A DNA stretch of 64,000 nucleotides. Source: Octopus vulgaris (lineage: Eukaryota). A program made the position numbers and the translations under genes. The notes under the pieces were generated by a model that did not search any database, was not told the DNA's origin, and worked only from the letters and a program-made list of their open reading frames with translations. The stretch is from contig OX597814.1 of NCBI GenBank assembly GCA_951406725.2, forward strand, positions 146,444,001 through 146,508,000. Direction: 5' to 3'. Each line of letters opens with the position of its first letter. The first letter of the stretch is position 1. Below, one piece after another: positions 26,490-41,639 of the stretch.

Positions 26490-27960
26490 AATACTCGGAT
26501 ACCGTTGGGCCAACAGCTGAGTTTGCATCCATATCATCCATTGCCAGAATTTGACCCCCTTCTTCGATGATGCAATTAATTGTGACTGTCTGCTGTTTAG
26601 CTTCTGTAGCGGTAAATAATTCTACAGATTTGGTAACTTGCAATGTACTGTAAGTGTATGGTGAAAACACTTTTGAACTGTTCATTCTGCGTTTCACTTA
26701 TCCTCATTGGGTTTCCCGTCAGGGAACCATATTTTTGGAGGAGTGGATATACCCTGCAATGCTCAGAGGCAGTCTTCTTGGCGTACCTAAAGAAAGGTTT
26801 AGGGTATGATTCTATATTTCTTAAGACAGGCTTCTTTGTCAGTTGCCTCAATCTCCAGCAGTGCTCTCTCCAGTCTGAGTTTCTCAATGAGGTTGAGGTG
26901 GTTTGCAACCTTTTAACTCAATCTCATTACAACTTTCCTCTGGATTGCATTACAGACGTGAATGTTTTCAATTTCATTTCTATGTCAGGCGTAAAAAGAC
27001 ATTGGAACCAGTCCCGTTTGGTGTCCTGTTTGTCAAGAGAGTTCCAGTCTGCTTTGAGGTCGTGCAGACTGGATAGGTTTTGGGTGCTTCTCATAGGCTG
27101 CATATTTGTGGGTTCCTTTGGTCCATTCATGGTCAGCTCTGTTATGCTGTAATCGGAGACAGGTGTCGGTGTGACTTTCACATTATGGATGAGAACTACA
27201 TTGTTTGTGAAGCAGAGAAGTATATTGTTTATCCTGGATGGTTGGAGTATTATTTGTTCCACGTATAACTTGGTTCGTTTGATCAGGGATTCCACCTGAC
27301 TTTGTTCACATTGCGCCATTCCTGAGATGGAAAGGCTTCCAAGCAAGCTGAGGTCTGCCATGAGAAATACACTGATGTTCTCTTCTATTTTAGTTAGCCC
27401 TCTCCTATTCTTTCAAGGACCGTATGATTTTGGGCATCTAGTAGGCGATATGTAGAACATATAAATATGTCTGTGCAATAAGTGTGTCGCACACTGAGTT
27501 TGAGTGTGATAGAAGGATCTGGGGCGTGAGATCATCGCAGATGTATATTGCAAATCCACCATGGCTCCTGTTTTTTCTATCGCTTCGAAAACCACATACG
27601 TTATTATGTGTATTCTTGCATCTGCGACGTCGGATTTTAGGTGCATTTCTCTGAGTGCTATACATAAGGCCCGATTGACTGTCACCAGGCCTCTCAAGAA
27701 GGTGATTGTATTTACGTTACTGAGTTGGAACAGTCCTCTACATTTACGAAGCATATTGGTGTGAGCACTTAGGCTGATGCCAGCGGTGGGCATCCTGGAT
27801 CCATTGGTTGTGTCGGTCTTGTGTCGTGGTGAGGATGGCTCCGACTATGGAATAGATGAATCAAGGTTTGTTGTTGGACACACTTTTCGGCCATGCATAG
27901 AAAAGGTTGATACTCAGCTTCAGCCCTTAAGGCGGCTTCTGTGTACGGTTGATTTTCAGA
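26490..27960 (-). mobile_element. CR1-type LINE 5' half of ORF2 (APE endonuclease + linker), RT missing
   Basis: QPSRINNILLCFTN, VSDYSITEL, YPKPFFRYAKK, NEQFKSVFT and DDMDANSAVGP. Multiple frameshifts. Confidence 0.8.
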
Positions 27961-28063
27961 AGTAGTGCTCACTACATCGGTACACACTCCATACATATAC
28001 ACATATATGTATGCACATATGAATACAATTATACATACATACATATGAATATATGCATGTATA

Positions 28064-28107
<44 letters not shown>

Positions 28108-28962
28108 GCATTTATGTAGATTTGCATCAAGTGCATGCGTTTCTATGCCTGTGTGTACGTATAGAGAAAATACTATCTGGAGCAGCCACAGAGGAGCACT
28201 ACTAATATGTTTAGAGATATACCTTTCCTTCAGCAGTGCTGAGTGAGCTAGTTAATTTTGAATTTAAGTTATTTGTCATATTCATTTGTATAGACCATTA
28301 TAGCCATTCAACTGAATTGTTGATATTATATATGAGGTCGAAAGGTGAAACGGATTTATCACATATAATTTCCTGACCACTATATGAAATGAACATCAAT
28401 CAGTTTCAGAAAATAGCAATATATAATATAAATTATGAGGTCAATATAAATGCCTTCTTTCGGTGCGCTCAAGAAATTGCATTTATGTGCAAATTTCTGG
28501 TACTTTAAAGAATTTATACGGAGGCAATCGAAATGTAATCAGTTTATGGGCAGGTATTTTCTATCATTTGGCACTCTTCTCTGTAAATTACATCAATCAC
28601 CAGCAAGTTAGCTATGTACTTGAAAAATAATCTAATAATATATATTGACTATTTCAAATATGTTCATAATTTTCGAAGTGAATTGTCAGAAGCGGTTTTA
28701 CGCCTGACTTAATAAAACAGAGACGTAGTAAATCACATCTTCGTACATCCAGCATTAAAATATTCCTGGGGTATATTTGAACTCCTTCAGGATTCTACGT
28801 CTCCCACATCTTTGGTTTTATAAATGAGGCTGATAGATATCGATAATGTATATAATCCTAAGGCCAAATGGATAATAACTAGAAGTTATTCAACCCAACA
28901 AAACTCATTAAAGAATTAAACATCTCAGAATTCCTGTGCCAAGTGGAATCCAGGAAAGTCAA

Positions 28963-28993
<31 letters not shown>

Positions 28994-29504
28994 CGAATTG
29001 CAATTAATAATAGTATTTTACTTTTATAGAGCAATGGCATTTCCATTTGTTACCATAAATACTTTCTTAAACTGGGGTGACGCACATGAAATAATGGGTC
29101 TGATTTTATATTTCATATGACGGGCTTGTTAAACTAGTTCTAATAATAGCACTAAATAAATATAAAAATTATGGAATATTGGATCCTGTTTCATGGATAA
29201 CACTATGCTTGTTTACATGACAAAACAAATCATTAAAAAAACTGTATATACATTGATTCATTGACGTAACACTAGTAATGAAATTTCTATATTGAAGCAC
29301 GTCCTCTGCTTCAATAACAACTGAGGCAAAAAAGTCTCAAAAGCATTCTTCATTATTTTATACAATGCATTGTTGCACTTATAAGGTATAATAGTATACT
29401 GTATATATAATCAGTAAAAGAACAAAATAAAATAAAACTAAACAACAATAACACTGCCAAATCGGATAATCCAAACGCCTTTACGTTTATGCAAAATATA
29501 CAGC

Positions 29505-29687
29505 ATTCTTATTCGGATCATAAGTGAGACAACACGAATATTCTTTTCCACTGGTACTTAATTTCTCGACCCTGAAGAAATGAAAGGCAAATCGACCTCG
29601 CCGGAATTTCGACTCAGAACCTAAGTCAGACGAAATACTGCTAAACATTTCGCCAGGCGTGCTAGCGTTTCTGCTAGCTCGCCGCCT
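29505..29687 (-). mobile_element. tRNA-derived SINE
   Basis: ctggtacttaatttctcgacc...cgccaggcgtgctagcgtttctgctagctcgccgcctt; same family as 18270. Confidence 0.8.
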
Positions 29688-30306
29688 TAGATACATCAAA
29701 TATTAGTTGCCGAGTAAGTACGGAATACACAATATGAATTTAGATATAGCAACGCACTTGAATAAAAATCAACGAAACATTAAGGCGTATTTCAAACATT
29801 TGATTTGAAAATGATTCTACATAGTATTTTAAATCGTATTTATACATTTACTTCTTTCACTCATTAGACTGAAAAAAAATTCTTCAATGCATTGTGGTTA
29901 CCACAAAAAAACTAAGCCCAAGTAATTGTTATTAATCGAGACTTATCGTGATGGTGATTTTGCAGCACTGTTTAATTACGGAAATGTAAACAAAGGCATT
30001 ACACATTCTTTCAAACCTTGGGAAGTGAAAACACAAGGATATACAAATATGACATACGCAAATGTACGCGCGCGCAGACACTCGAACACACGGACATTCA
30101 TTTTTCTCATCTTATGTTAAATTGTATTAAAAAGACAATCACTTTTTCCATTAAGTCGAAGGATTACTCAATTCTTTCTTGTAGAGTAAATAGCTATTGC
30201 TTCTGCACAAAATTAGTAATGGTTGTGACTTAAAACTTTCCACTTCTTAAACGATCATCGGAGCGTCCGACGAGGAGTTAGGAGGCCGAAGTTTCGACAT
30301 CATTAT

Positions 30307-30357
<51 letters not shown>

Positions 30358-30459
30358 TGTATATGTATGTATATATATAGATATATACTGATATGTATGT
30401 ACGTATATATATATATATATATATATATACGTACATACATATGTGTATATATCTATATC

Positions 30460-30507
<48 letters not shown>

Positions 30508-30508
<1 letters not shown>

Positions 30509-30890
30509 TAGCTGAAGGTGACCCGCTCTACGCGCGGGTAAGAGTGTGGGTGTTACTTTCTGTTGCTTCCTTTCAGCACGTAAAAAGCACCATCCGAACG
30601 TGGCCGATTGCAGCACCGCCTTGACTTGCTTCTGTGCTGGTGGCACGTAAAAAGCACCAACCGATCGTTGCCACTGCGAGCCCCCCTGGCACCAGTACCG
30701 GCGGCACGAAAAAAGCACTCACTACGCTCACAGTGTGGTTGGCGTTAGGAAGGTCATCCACCTGTAGAAACACTGCCAGATCAGACTGGAGCCTGGTGCA
30801 GCCTCCTGGCTTCCGAGACCCCGGTCACACTGCCCAACCCGTGCTAGCACGGAAAACGGACGTTAAACGATGATGATGATGATGATGATT
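30508..30890 (+). mobile_element. SINE 3' part with RTE-like tail and (ATG)n end
   Basis: ttggcgttaggaaggtcatccacctgtagaaa motif; ends gcacggaaaacggacgttaaacgatgatgatg; three internal gcacg(t)aaaaagcac repeats. Confidence 0.7.
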
Positions 30891-31059
30891 CTCCGTATTT
30901 GTTTCTCTCTCCTTTCTCTCTCACTTTCCCACTCTCTTACTTTTCTTTTCTCTCTGACTCTCCCTCGCTTTCTCTTACTCTCTATCTTTATCTATCTCTC
31001 TCCCATTTATAAACAACAGAAGATCTTGAGTAAGTTGAGAAATAAAATATTTAGAAAGA

Positions 31060-31554
31060 TCAATCAGAAATATTAGGCAGTGGCAATGGAAAGGTCTGCT
31101 TCAAGGCAGACAGCAAAACGCTAACATTCAAAAGGGACAGACGAACTTGCGAGCTGAATAAAGATAATAAAATATTGGAAACCAAAGTTTGAAGGGATAG
31201 AATCTGAGGATAGTAGAGTCACCATGGCTGGCATTTGTTAACGACGGACAGCAACGTAGTGACAGTTTAACGGCTGGCGTAAAATTTTGAACTTGATGTA
31301 AAAGAAAATTCGTAAACACCAATTTTTGAAGTGATTCTTTCTCACGACAGTAGACTCACCATGGCAAGCATTCAAAACTTCTTTATCATGGACGGCAACA
31401 CATTGACGATTAAAAGGCTGGCGCAAATTTTTTAGCTTGATGCAACAGAGAATTCCTAAACACCCGCTCTTTGAAATTTAATTCCCTTCCAGCCCCATTT
31501 AGACCCCTTTTCACATTTTGGTTAATATAACCCGATTTCATTCGGGTGTACTAG
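31060..31554 (+). mobile_element. Non-autonomous Helitron 3' portion with an internal ~150-bp tandem duplication
   Basis: Hairpin CCCGatttcattCGGG then tgtaCTAG at ~31531-31554; 31210-31330 resembles 31350-31470. Confidence 0.5.
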
Positions 31555-31704
31555 GGCCACATTTTATAAGATGAGGAATTTTGTCCTAGAGGTGACGCCT
31601 TTCATTTGAGGAACAAAATAGTTGTGATGCAAACTTGTCAGCACCTTTAACATAGGTGTGCATATTTTCAGGTGAATCGACCGACTACGTAATGCACACA
31701 TATA

Positions 31705-31762
<58 letters not shown>

Positions 31763-31903
31763 CGCATTATATATACAAATGTATACAAATGAGATATATA
31801 TCTGTATAAATTAAATTAGAGATAAAACCACTAATAGGTAAATCAAACAGTGAAAAACCAAAAACAAAAACATAAGAAAAGAAAATATAACATAGAAAAT
31901 ATA

Positions 31904-32404
31904 TCTATATATATAAAACTGTAGTTGTGTGAATGTCTGTCCCCTTCGATTTAGATTCCTAACTACTCCCAAATTTTGTGGTGCAGTTTAACCAAATTCG
32001 GGTATCTTATAGTCGTGATTGATATCGAGCCCGTCTGGGTATTAGCGCGCGTCTACGATGAGTCTACGATTTTAAAAATAATTTAACATCATTTTTTATT
32101 CCATTTTAATGCATATTTTTTCGTGTGTCGATGGCGGCGGAGTTGGCGTCCACGCTCACGCCTGCACCTGTGTTGCTTCTCCCCCTTCTTCCCTCCCTCG
32201 TGAAGCTGTGGGGAAGGGAGTGTAAGGAAATCAACGTCGTAATGCGTTGTGAAGGAGACCAGCGTTCTTTTAGAACAACGACTTCATGGCTTGAAGTCGC
32301 CAAAACAGCTGAAACAGATCCACAAAAACGGCAAAAACCGCCACACAGGGCAGGCTTCCTGTGCAAACAATTTGCACAACCGAATGTTTTAGTTGTTGCA
32401 CAAA
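31904..32404 (+). mobile_element. Non-autonomous Helitron 5' portion
   Basis: a|TCtatatatataaaactg...gtctgtc start; the first ~200 bp are nearly identical to the start of 32405. Confidence 0.7.
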
Positions 32405-32816
32405 TCTTTATATATAAAAGTAAGGTTGTGTGTCTGTCTCTTACGATTTAGATTCCTAACTACTCCCACATTTTGCGGTGCAGTGTAACCAAAACCGGGT
32501 ATCTTATAGTCGTGATTCATATCGAGCCCTTCTGGGTATTAGCGCGCGTCTACGATGAGTCTACGATGAGTCAACGATTAAAAAAAAAATTACCATCATT
32601 TTTTTATTCCATTTTAATGCATTTTTCGCTATTATATAAGGGAAGTAACTCTCTAAAAATGTCTACGATGAGTCAACGATTTAAAAAAAGAAATTACTAT
32701 AATTTTTTATCCCATCTTTAATGCATTTTTTGCTATTTTTTTTGCTATAACTCACTAAAAATGCTTATATAGTTATTTCCCTTAAAAACCCGAGCAACGC
32801 CGGGCGATACTGCTAG
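32405..32816 (+). mobile_element. Complete short non-autonomous Helitron (412 bp)
   Basis: A|TC...CCCGagcaacgcCGGG-cgatactg-CTAG|T gives canonical termini, the 3' hairpin and an AT target. Confidence 0.85.
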
Positions 32817-33139
32817 TAAAATATAAAATTGAAAACTTTAAATTATTTAAATTGATAATATTTGTTCTCATGCTCGTGTGTTGATTGTTGGTGACAGACA
32901 TATACTTAAAAGAACGTCGCCGAAGTGATAGGAAGGTAGGAAACAGAGTCAGTGAAAAAGAAATGAAATAGCGATAGTGACAGATACTTTAAATAACCGT
33001 AGTGGAATTCTGAAAGTTATGAAGAGGAGTAAGAGAGGGAAAGGAGGAAATAGGGTGAGTGAGGAAGATGGCCCCTAGCAACCACACCTTTTAAGATAGG
33101 GATTTCTAAGGTAGCCCACGCGCATCGTCACCTCATTCT

Positions 33140-33233
33140 ACATGTCCCTGTAAATTTTGGAGCGAATCGGACGGGATGTAGTGGCATTGAAAGCGAACCA
33201 AGCGGTAAAAACGCATTTCAGTTTTATATATAG

Positions 33234-33234
<1 letters not shown>
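33140..33234 (-). mobile_element. Helitron 5' end fragment
   Basis: Minus strand a|TCtatatataaaactg, the same start as 31904. Confidence 0.55.
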
Positions 33235-33292
<58 letters not shown>

Positions 33293-34357
33293 TACATATA
33301 TATGTGTGTGTGTGTGTATGTATATATATATATTGATAATGCTCTAAGGATAACGATTTATATGAAATTAATTTGCAAGAAATTGTGAACTTGATGAGCT
33401 GCAATAGGAAATACTTGCCGAAAATGCCGTGCTGAGGGAGAGCACCCACCGCATAGTTGCGAAGCGAAGTACGTAAGCGCACACACATAACTGCGACAAC
33501 ATTTTTGTTATAATTTCTAAGTTTAGTATTTCGGTTCATTTTGAAATGAAATAAACGACGCCAACAGACGTTCAAGCTTCAAACTAAGAAGAAAGCAAAA
33601 GCTATACAAAACAACTTTCGACGGGTTGAACGATCGATAACTGACAAATTACTCCGGAAACAAATTTCCTTCGCTATTATTCGTTAGACGATATCTACCT
33701 TCATAAAACGTTCAAGTTCACAAAATTATTTTACTTTTAAAACTAATTAACAATTGTTGTAAAGTATATTTTCGTAGATGGAATGAAAAATATTCTGTTT
33801 TGTAGAATGTGTACGTAGGAAAAATTTCCGGAATGTTTAAAGTAACATTGTTTAAGAAATTAAAAATTTTTATAATTATTTTACGCCATTATGTACAGTA
33901 ACGCATCATAAAGTTCCCCCTCCTCCTCCACTTCCTTTTCATATTCTTCTTCTACTTCTCTTTTCCTCTTCCTTCTCCTCCTCCTCCTCCTTCTCCTCTT
34001 CTTTCTTCTTCTTGTTCCTTGACATTTTCGGGAAGTCATTGCATAGATAGATCTGCGTGTGGTAAAATGTGTCACGATGCATCCACACATTTTGATTTGA
34101 AGAAAGAGAACAATAGAAGAAGTATATCCTGCAGTCAACAGACATATTTGCCCAGTACACGGGCAAAATCAAAATCATCAAAATCATCAATTGCGACTTC
34201 GTAGCAGACTCCATGCCTGAACTGAAATTACATTCACTCATCTATCGCAAATAGATGAAGCTTCTTAGTGTTTCTTTTGTTTTGTTTTGTTTTCAATCAC
34301 TCTATTCTTTAAGTCCTTTCCTTCAAGCATTTATACATCGAAACCGACGGGAGCGGC

Positions 34358-34423
<66 letters not shown>

Positions 34424-34424
<1 letters not shown>

Positions 34425-34558
34425 AGTTAAAGGAAAGTTGGAGATGCATTGTGCAAGAAAATGGTTCATATTTGGTTGATTAAATATGTAATGGAATGTA
34501 TTTATTGACCTTTTTCTTTCCTTTAAAAATCGGCACGAACTTTTCGGACAACCCAATA
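34424..34558 (+). mobile_element. Mariner right end (transposase C-terminus + TIR)
   Basis: KLKESWRCIVQENGSYLVD* followed by aaaatcggcacgaacttttcggacaacccaaTA. Confidence 0.75.
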
Positions 34559-35075
34559 ATATAATAATCTTCAGTCTCAAGCAGGAGTTCGTTCATCTAC
34601 AAATAGGGTAGACTTCACCGCCAAGTGTATGCTTCCCTACCAAGTTAGTTTATATATATTATAGATATTAGTGTCTGTCCAAGAAGAATATTCGAAGTGC
34701 TGCTCACTTTGAAATCTCCACTTCATACGGAGATAGTATTAGGTTTTATTTGGAAATTCCTTTACCACTTTCATTTAAACCATTTTCACCTACACAATAT
34801 ATGTTTACTCAACTTGCCTTTAGCGTGGTGTCCATTCCATTTTTAGAAATTAACTAAGTTAATTTGAAACAGAACTTACCACGACGTCTCTGGCATTCTT
34901 TCTATGGTAACAGAGTGATGCCTGCCTACCAACAATATTTTTCTGTAACTAATCAAATAGGTGGTACTTGTTCGTAGACACTAGATAATTCAACGTTTCT
35001 CCTTCCCACCTTACGTTTCACAAATTGAGGTATCATGACTGGGGATTCACTGTCTAATTCGTCTTTCGGGTAAGT

Positions 35076-35124
<49 letters not shown>

Positions 35125-36494
35125 CGTTGTTTCTGCTGCTGCTGCTACTGCTACTGATCTTGCTGCCGTTGCTGCTGCTGTTGTTGTTGTTGTTCTTACT
35201 TTATTATAATCATCATTACCATCATCATTGCTGATGTTGTTGGGTGCAGTGGTCAGTAAGACATACATGTAGAAAAACAAGAGACTGGAAGAATACATCG
35301 TACAGTGGGACACGTTGGAGTTGATTGAAAGGATAGAAAATTTTATGTTAAATTATTCAGCTACAGTATGATGTAGTAGGAAGCTAATATTATTAGAAAT
35401 AAAAGATAGGTAGAGCCCACATACAAGGTATTTTGGCTAAATTTTCCCTTACCAAACACAGTCTGTAGATTCGCTAATGATGTAGTATCACAGTATATTT
35501 TGAAAGAACTTCATTCAAGAAAAGAGCTCATTAATGAGTAATAGCCATAACTTCATAATCGGTAAATCTGACTTTATCAAATCAAAGCTTTAGGTGTGGT
35601 CATAAATGTGAGGGAGTATCGAAGTATGCTATTACTAATTGCTGTCTCGATTACCTTAGTTATATTAAATTTGTGCGTTATTAGCGCGAGATTTACTGCA
35701 TCAGGTAGGTGGCCATTCTTGTAGGCGGAATACGTTGTACTAATAAATTAGCAGTTTTAGATTTTTAAAAAAATTATTAAAATTCTATATGGGTATTATC
35801 ATTTTTGCTTTTCAAAGGCCAATAAAAATTATGGAGAAAGTTTTAAAGACATTCAATGCGAAAGAAAAGAGTAATTAAAACATATTCAAAAGATTAAAAA
35901 TTCATACAAATTCAAATATAATATACATTTTTAGTAAATTTTGGTCTTTCATTAACTTACTCTGAAATTTGTTGAATATTTGAAAATATTTGAACATTTG
36001 ATTGTTTGAACATGTCTTACTAAACTTTCTCCACCTACATTCAATTTCATTTTACCTTCTTCGTTTTGACATTAAAAAAATTGTTGCACCAGTTATGTCA
36101 TTTTAATAAATTTGTAATTTATTAAGATATAAAACTATAATTCGTTTTAAGACTCAGCTACACTTCAACTGCCAAACTTACTACATACATAATATATTAT
36201 ACATAACAGTACCTGATGTTAAATATTAAATATCAGCTGACGATTGCATTACAAAACATGTAACATCACCAGTGATTGGTGTTCCTGTTACTACAATCGG
36301 GGGAATTGATCACAATAGCAATAAGATATCAACGATTCATATATCAATGAATCACACGGTACTTGGTTTTAAATTACATTCATTCACGATTATCATGTAT
36401 TGTATGTATTGGTACATAAATCTACCAAGGATTGGATTTATATGAATAATTTTCCTTACTGATATGAAATGTAAGACTTAAAAAAAATATGTCT

Positions 36495-36625
36495 ATTCTA
36501 GGCACAAGGCTGGGAAGGGGCCAGTCGATTGGATCGATGCCAGTATGCAACTGGTACTTAATTTATCGACTCCGAAAGGATGAAAGGTAAAGTCAACCGC
36601 GGCTGAATTTGAACTCAGGCGAAAT
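36495..36625 (-). mobile_element. tRNA-derived SINE 3' fragment
   Basis: ctaggcacaagg...ctggtacttaatttatcgac.ccgaaaggatgaaagg...aatttgaactcag. Confidence 0.75.
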
Positions 36626-37095
36626 ACACATGTAAAAACATATTAAACAATGCATAACTCCTTACATACATATATCGATAGACGGTTACGTGAAACTCTG
36701 AGTAACAGTTTATTATTTATATTTTTCTCATAATCAAAAATTAATTTACTCAGCCTTTGGAAATCGAGAAACAGTTTCAGCCCTATGTGTTTATTTGTAT
36801 ATATTTATATACGGAATGTCAAATAGATGGATAGAAAAATACGGAGATAAGTAGTTAGAAAAATAGATATGTATATCCATACACGTTTATATTCTTTATA
36901 GTTGATACAATTGTACTTTTCAATAATAAATTATTTTGTGCATAGATAACATATACATAGTCAATTTTCAGATCATCATTATATTTATGAAATATTTCCC
37001 TTTAGTCAACTTTAAATTTTACATTTAGTTAGCAATGAAAAAAAAAGAAAGAATGTTACCTACATATAAGTATGTTTATATATACACAAATACAT

Positions 37096-37176
<81 letters not shown>

Positions 37177-37495
37177 TGCATATACATACATACATATGCA
37201 GAAATATTTACACGGTCTGACGTTTAAAAAAATCATACATAAAAACACATATATTAGAGCTGTATAGATCTCCTTGCAAAAAAGTAGGTAGAATATTTCA
37301 TTGTTGCATTAGTAAATGGTAATCATGCATTACAGTATTTGTATTATATTCCAGATACCTGCGTCTGTCGGCTTCAATTTAATGTGATACCTAGCTGGAA
37401 ATCATAGGTTGCGCAGAGCGCAGAATACTTTACATTATTGTTGCTACACATGTCGATATCTATAACAATATCACTTATATATATATACGTAGACA

Positions 37496-37553
<58 letters not shown>

Positions 37554-37887
37554 AACATATGTATATATATTGTATATAAATGTGTATATATGTGCGTCTA
37601 TAACACCCACTGGCATTTAAGTGCATGATATGTTTATATATATATATATATATGTATATGTATATGCTTGAATGCATATATAAATCTGACTACGTCTTTT
37701 TCATATATAATCAGAGAATTTTTCTCTTGAGTTAAATTGCTAACCATGCACTGTGTTATTGAAAGAAAAATATCCCTGTCAAGTCATATTACTAATTTAC
37801 ATTGTAAATATGTAACACTGCTTTGATAGATATTCAATAGTGTTACTAATACGCTTTGAAGAAGATAAACACGATACAATCATAAAC

Positions 37888-37937
<50 letters not shown>

Positions 37938-38042
37938 GAATATGTATATATATATATATACCTGAATATGTATGCATACGTACTTTCATAAATACGAATG
38001 TATGTTTATTTATATATTTATATAGAAACATACATACATACA

Positions 38043-38081
<39 letters not shown>

Positions 38082-38122
38082 GCATATATATACGTATACG
38101 TATATAGGTAGCTATGTGTGAT

Positions 38123-38154
<32 letters not shown>

Positions 38155-38356
38155 CATACACAAATACATATATATACATATATTTATATATGTATATATA
38201 TATACGCATATATGTATACATGTATGTATATATATATATGCATATATATATATAATCACACATATTTGCCTACTTACATATACGTATATATATATATGCA
38301 TATGTATATATATGTATAAATAAACATATATTCATACTTATGCATGTATGTATGCG

Positions 38357-38387
<31 letters not shown>

Positions 38388-39289
38388 ATTGTTTATGATT
38401 ATATTGTGTTTATCTTTTTCAACACATATTAGTAACACTATTGAATATCTATATATCATCTATATATTACAGAGAGGGAGACGACGAGAGACTGAAAGGT
38501 GCCGGTGAGGGAAAGGAAACGTGTACTTATATAGACAAAAAAATATTTAAATGTTTATACCAGAATGAAATATATGCATGTATATGTATGCAAAAGAAAT
38601 ATAACAGCCCATACCTGTCAATAACGATACTGTATATTGGAAAAGCATAATTTCAGATTCTTGGTTTTTGAATTAAATCAATTGGACAGTATACTGGTAA
38701 AAATATCAAATGCCTTTGATTTAACGAGTTTAACGATATTCAGATTTCGTGATGTTTGGTGGCTTATATATTTTTTTCTGTTGTACTTTCTTTTTATTTA
38801 TCTAAGTAACAGCAGTTTATCTAGTGCTAACGTTTCACTCATAAATTGATTACCTATTGTACGACTGACTAAATTTATTGCAATACATTTTCGGCGTTGA
38901 GTTGTGTACATATATGTTTATAAGAATGTTTATAATATTAGTCAGTCCTGTTTAAGTATATGAATAATAAAATTCTATAATTATATTTGTGATCTTCATA
39001 ATTTCCTTTACTTTTATTTATTTAGTGGTATATATTCAACATTGAGCTTTTGCACGCGCATACGAGTTGCTACAATTTTGTTAGTAAATGGAATGTTTCG
39101 AAAATTTGATTAACTTTAAAACTGTTTGTATTCACTCAACTAACACTACACACACGTACACACTGTCGAGGTTAGAATACCAAATAGTCTTCTTCTCTAA
39201 ACACGAATATATATAATAAATATTTTTTAATGTCTTACACGTAATATGTTATGATTATATCCTATTTGCCCTTCCAATATTACTATGAC

Positions 39290-39760
39290 TGAAATTCACA
39301 GAGTTAAGTTCAAATCATCATAAATTCTATCCAGCTATACGACAAACCTGAGGCAAACTTTTATGCTGTCATTAGGAAATAAAAATGTGCAAAATGTTGT
39401 CCAAACTATTTTTAAGGAAATATCTCCTTAACGAAATAAATCTCGTGCTTTGCATTCGTGAATAAATACGACAAACTAGTACATCTAGGGGAAATCAGAG
39501 TAGAGAACAACTGAACCATCGACATGAAATTTTCATATATAGACGTAAGAATTTGTCATTACAAACTTCTGAAAAAGCTGTGTTCTTCAGACGTCCAAAC
39601 AATACACGGAAGGATTTGGCAAATGTCTTTGTGCGAAATTGTTCGATTTAGGTACCCCATCCACCACTAATATAAACAGTGATATTCGAAACTGATCTTC
39701 AAATTCTTTCAAAGTTTATTACACAAAATGCGCAAAACAAGACTATTACATTAAAAACAT
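39290..39760 (-). mobile_element. Possible degenerate hAT (Charlie/SPIN-like) transposase fragment
   Basis: Weak minus-strand resemblance (DGVPKS...PNPSVYCLDV) to the hAT TDGAP..H/C..H region; heavily frameshifted. Confidence 0.25.
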
Positions 39761-39827
39761 TCATCAGATATCGTCTGATACAGGATACCATAACTCTATA
39801 TGTATATGTAGATACATACATACATAC

Positions 39828-39923
<96 letters not shown>

Positions 39924-39929
39924 GCAGAA

Positions 39930-40173
39930 AAATACAAACTGGGACAAGAACGTAAAACATTTAGAAGACGATACAAAAAACCCGGACGGGACATTCGAAG
40001 CCTGCAATCTTCAGTCAAGAACCAGATCATCCTCGCAATTTCGGTTGATTAATCTTGAGATCGCTCCGATCCGGCCAGCCCCAAGGAAAAACTAAGCTAC
40101 GAGCATTAGATTTCTTGGAAAAAGGATCGAATATATACGAAACAAGGACAGAAAAACGGACGATGCCACACGA

Positions 40174-40175
<2 letters not shown>
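39930..40175 (-). repeat. Unclassified repeat, homologous to 61255-61700 and 62265-62690
   Basis: The reverse complement shares tagcttag..ttt.ctt..g.cggcc.gat.ggagc...ccgaaa.tgc...ctggt.ct.gactga.gat with those copies. Confidence 0.65.
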
Positions 40176-40232
<57 letters not shown>

Positions 40233-40242
40233 AATACATTAA

Positions 40243-40836
<594 letters not shown>

Positions 40837-40926
40837 AGGGAGAGAGAGAAAGTGAGAGAAAGAGAGAAAGGGTGAACAGCAAAAGAAAGAATCGCATCAA
40901 ATATATTAAGATAAAACTTGAATGTT

Positions 40927-41196
<270 letters not shown>

Positions 41197-41204
41197 GCAG
41201 ACAC

Positions 41205-41375
41205 TTCCATGAAGAAACATCTACGGAACTGTCAGACCCGGCAATTCACAGTGCACATCAAATCAACACCACGAAACAGGGGCAACCTTAGAATCTCTGG
41301 GGCCATCCTTATACACGAAAAGAAACCTAAGATCAACAACAGAAGAGAATTAAAGGAAGCTAACTTGTTGTCATG
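41205..41375 (+). mobile_element. Penelope-like GIY-YIG C-terminal fragment
   Basis: MKKHLRNCQ...[22 protein letters not shown] resembles the PLE ending LRIKEAIHI..KP.IN.R.E. Confidence 0.65.
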
Positions 41376-41639
41376 GCAATACCTTTCCGCGCACGTCTAC
41401 TCCACACACACTCACACATACGCACATGCGCACCATTCGTTAATTTCTTAAAAATGGGGTCCAGAAATCATTCGTCACACATTTGTTACCTTCTCAGCAA
41501 CATTTTCCATCTCAACGTCGAGTTCAATATTCTTACAGCAGACTTGGTGAGAGTGATGAGGAATATATCTTGCATTTGCGACCCTATGGCATTGGAAAGA
41601 CACACCCAGCATTTCATCAACCGCATGTAGTACTCTGAC

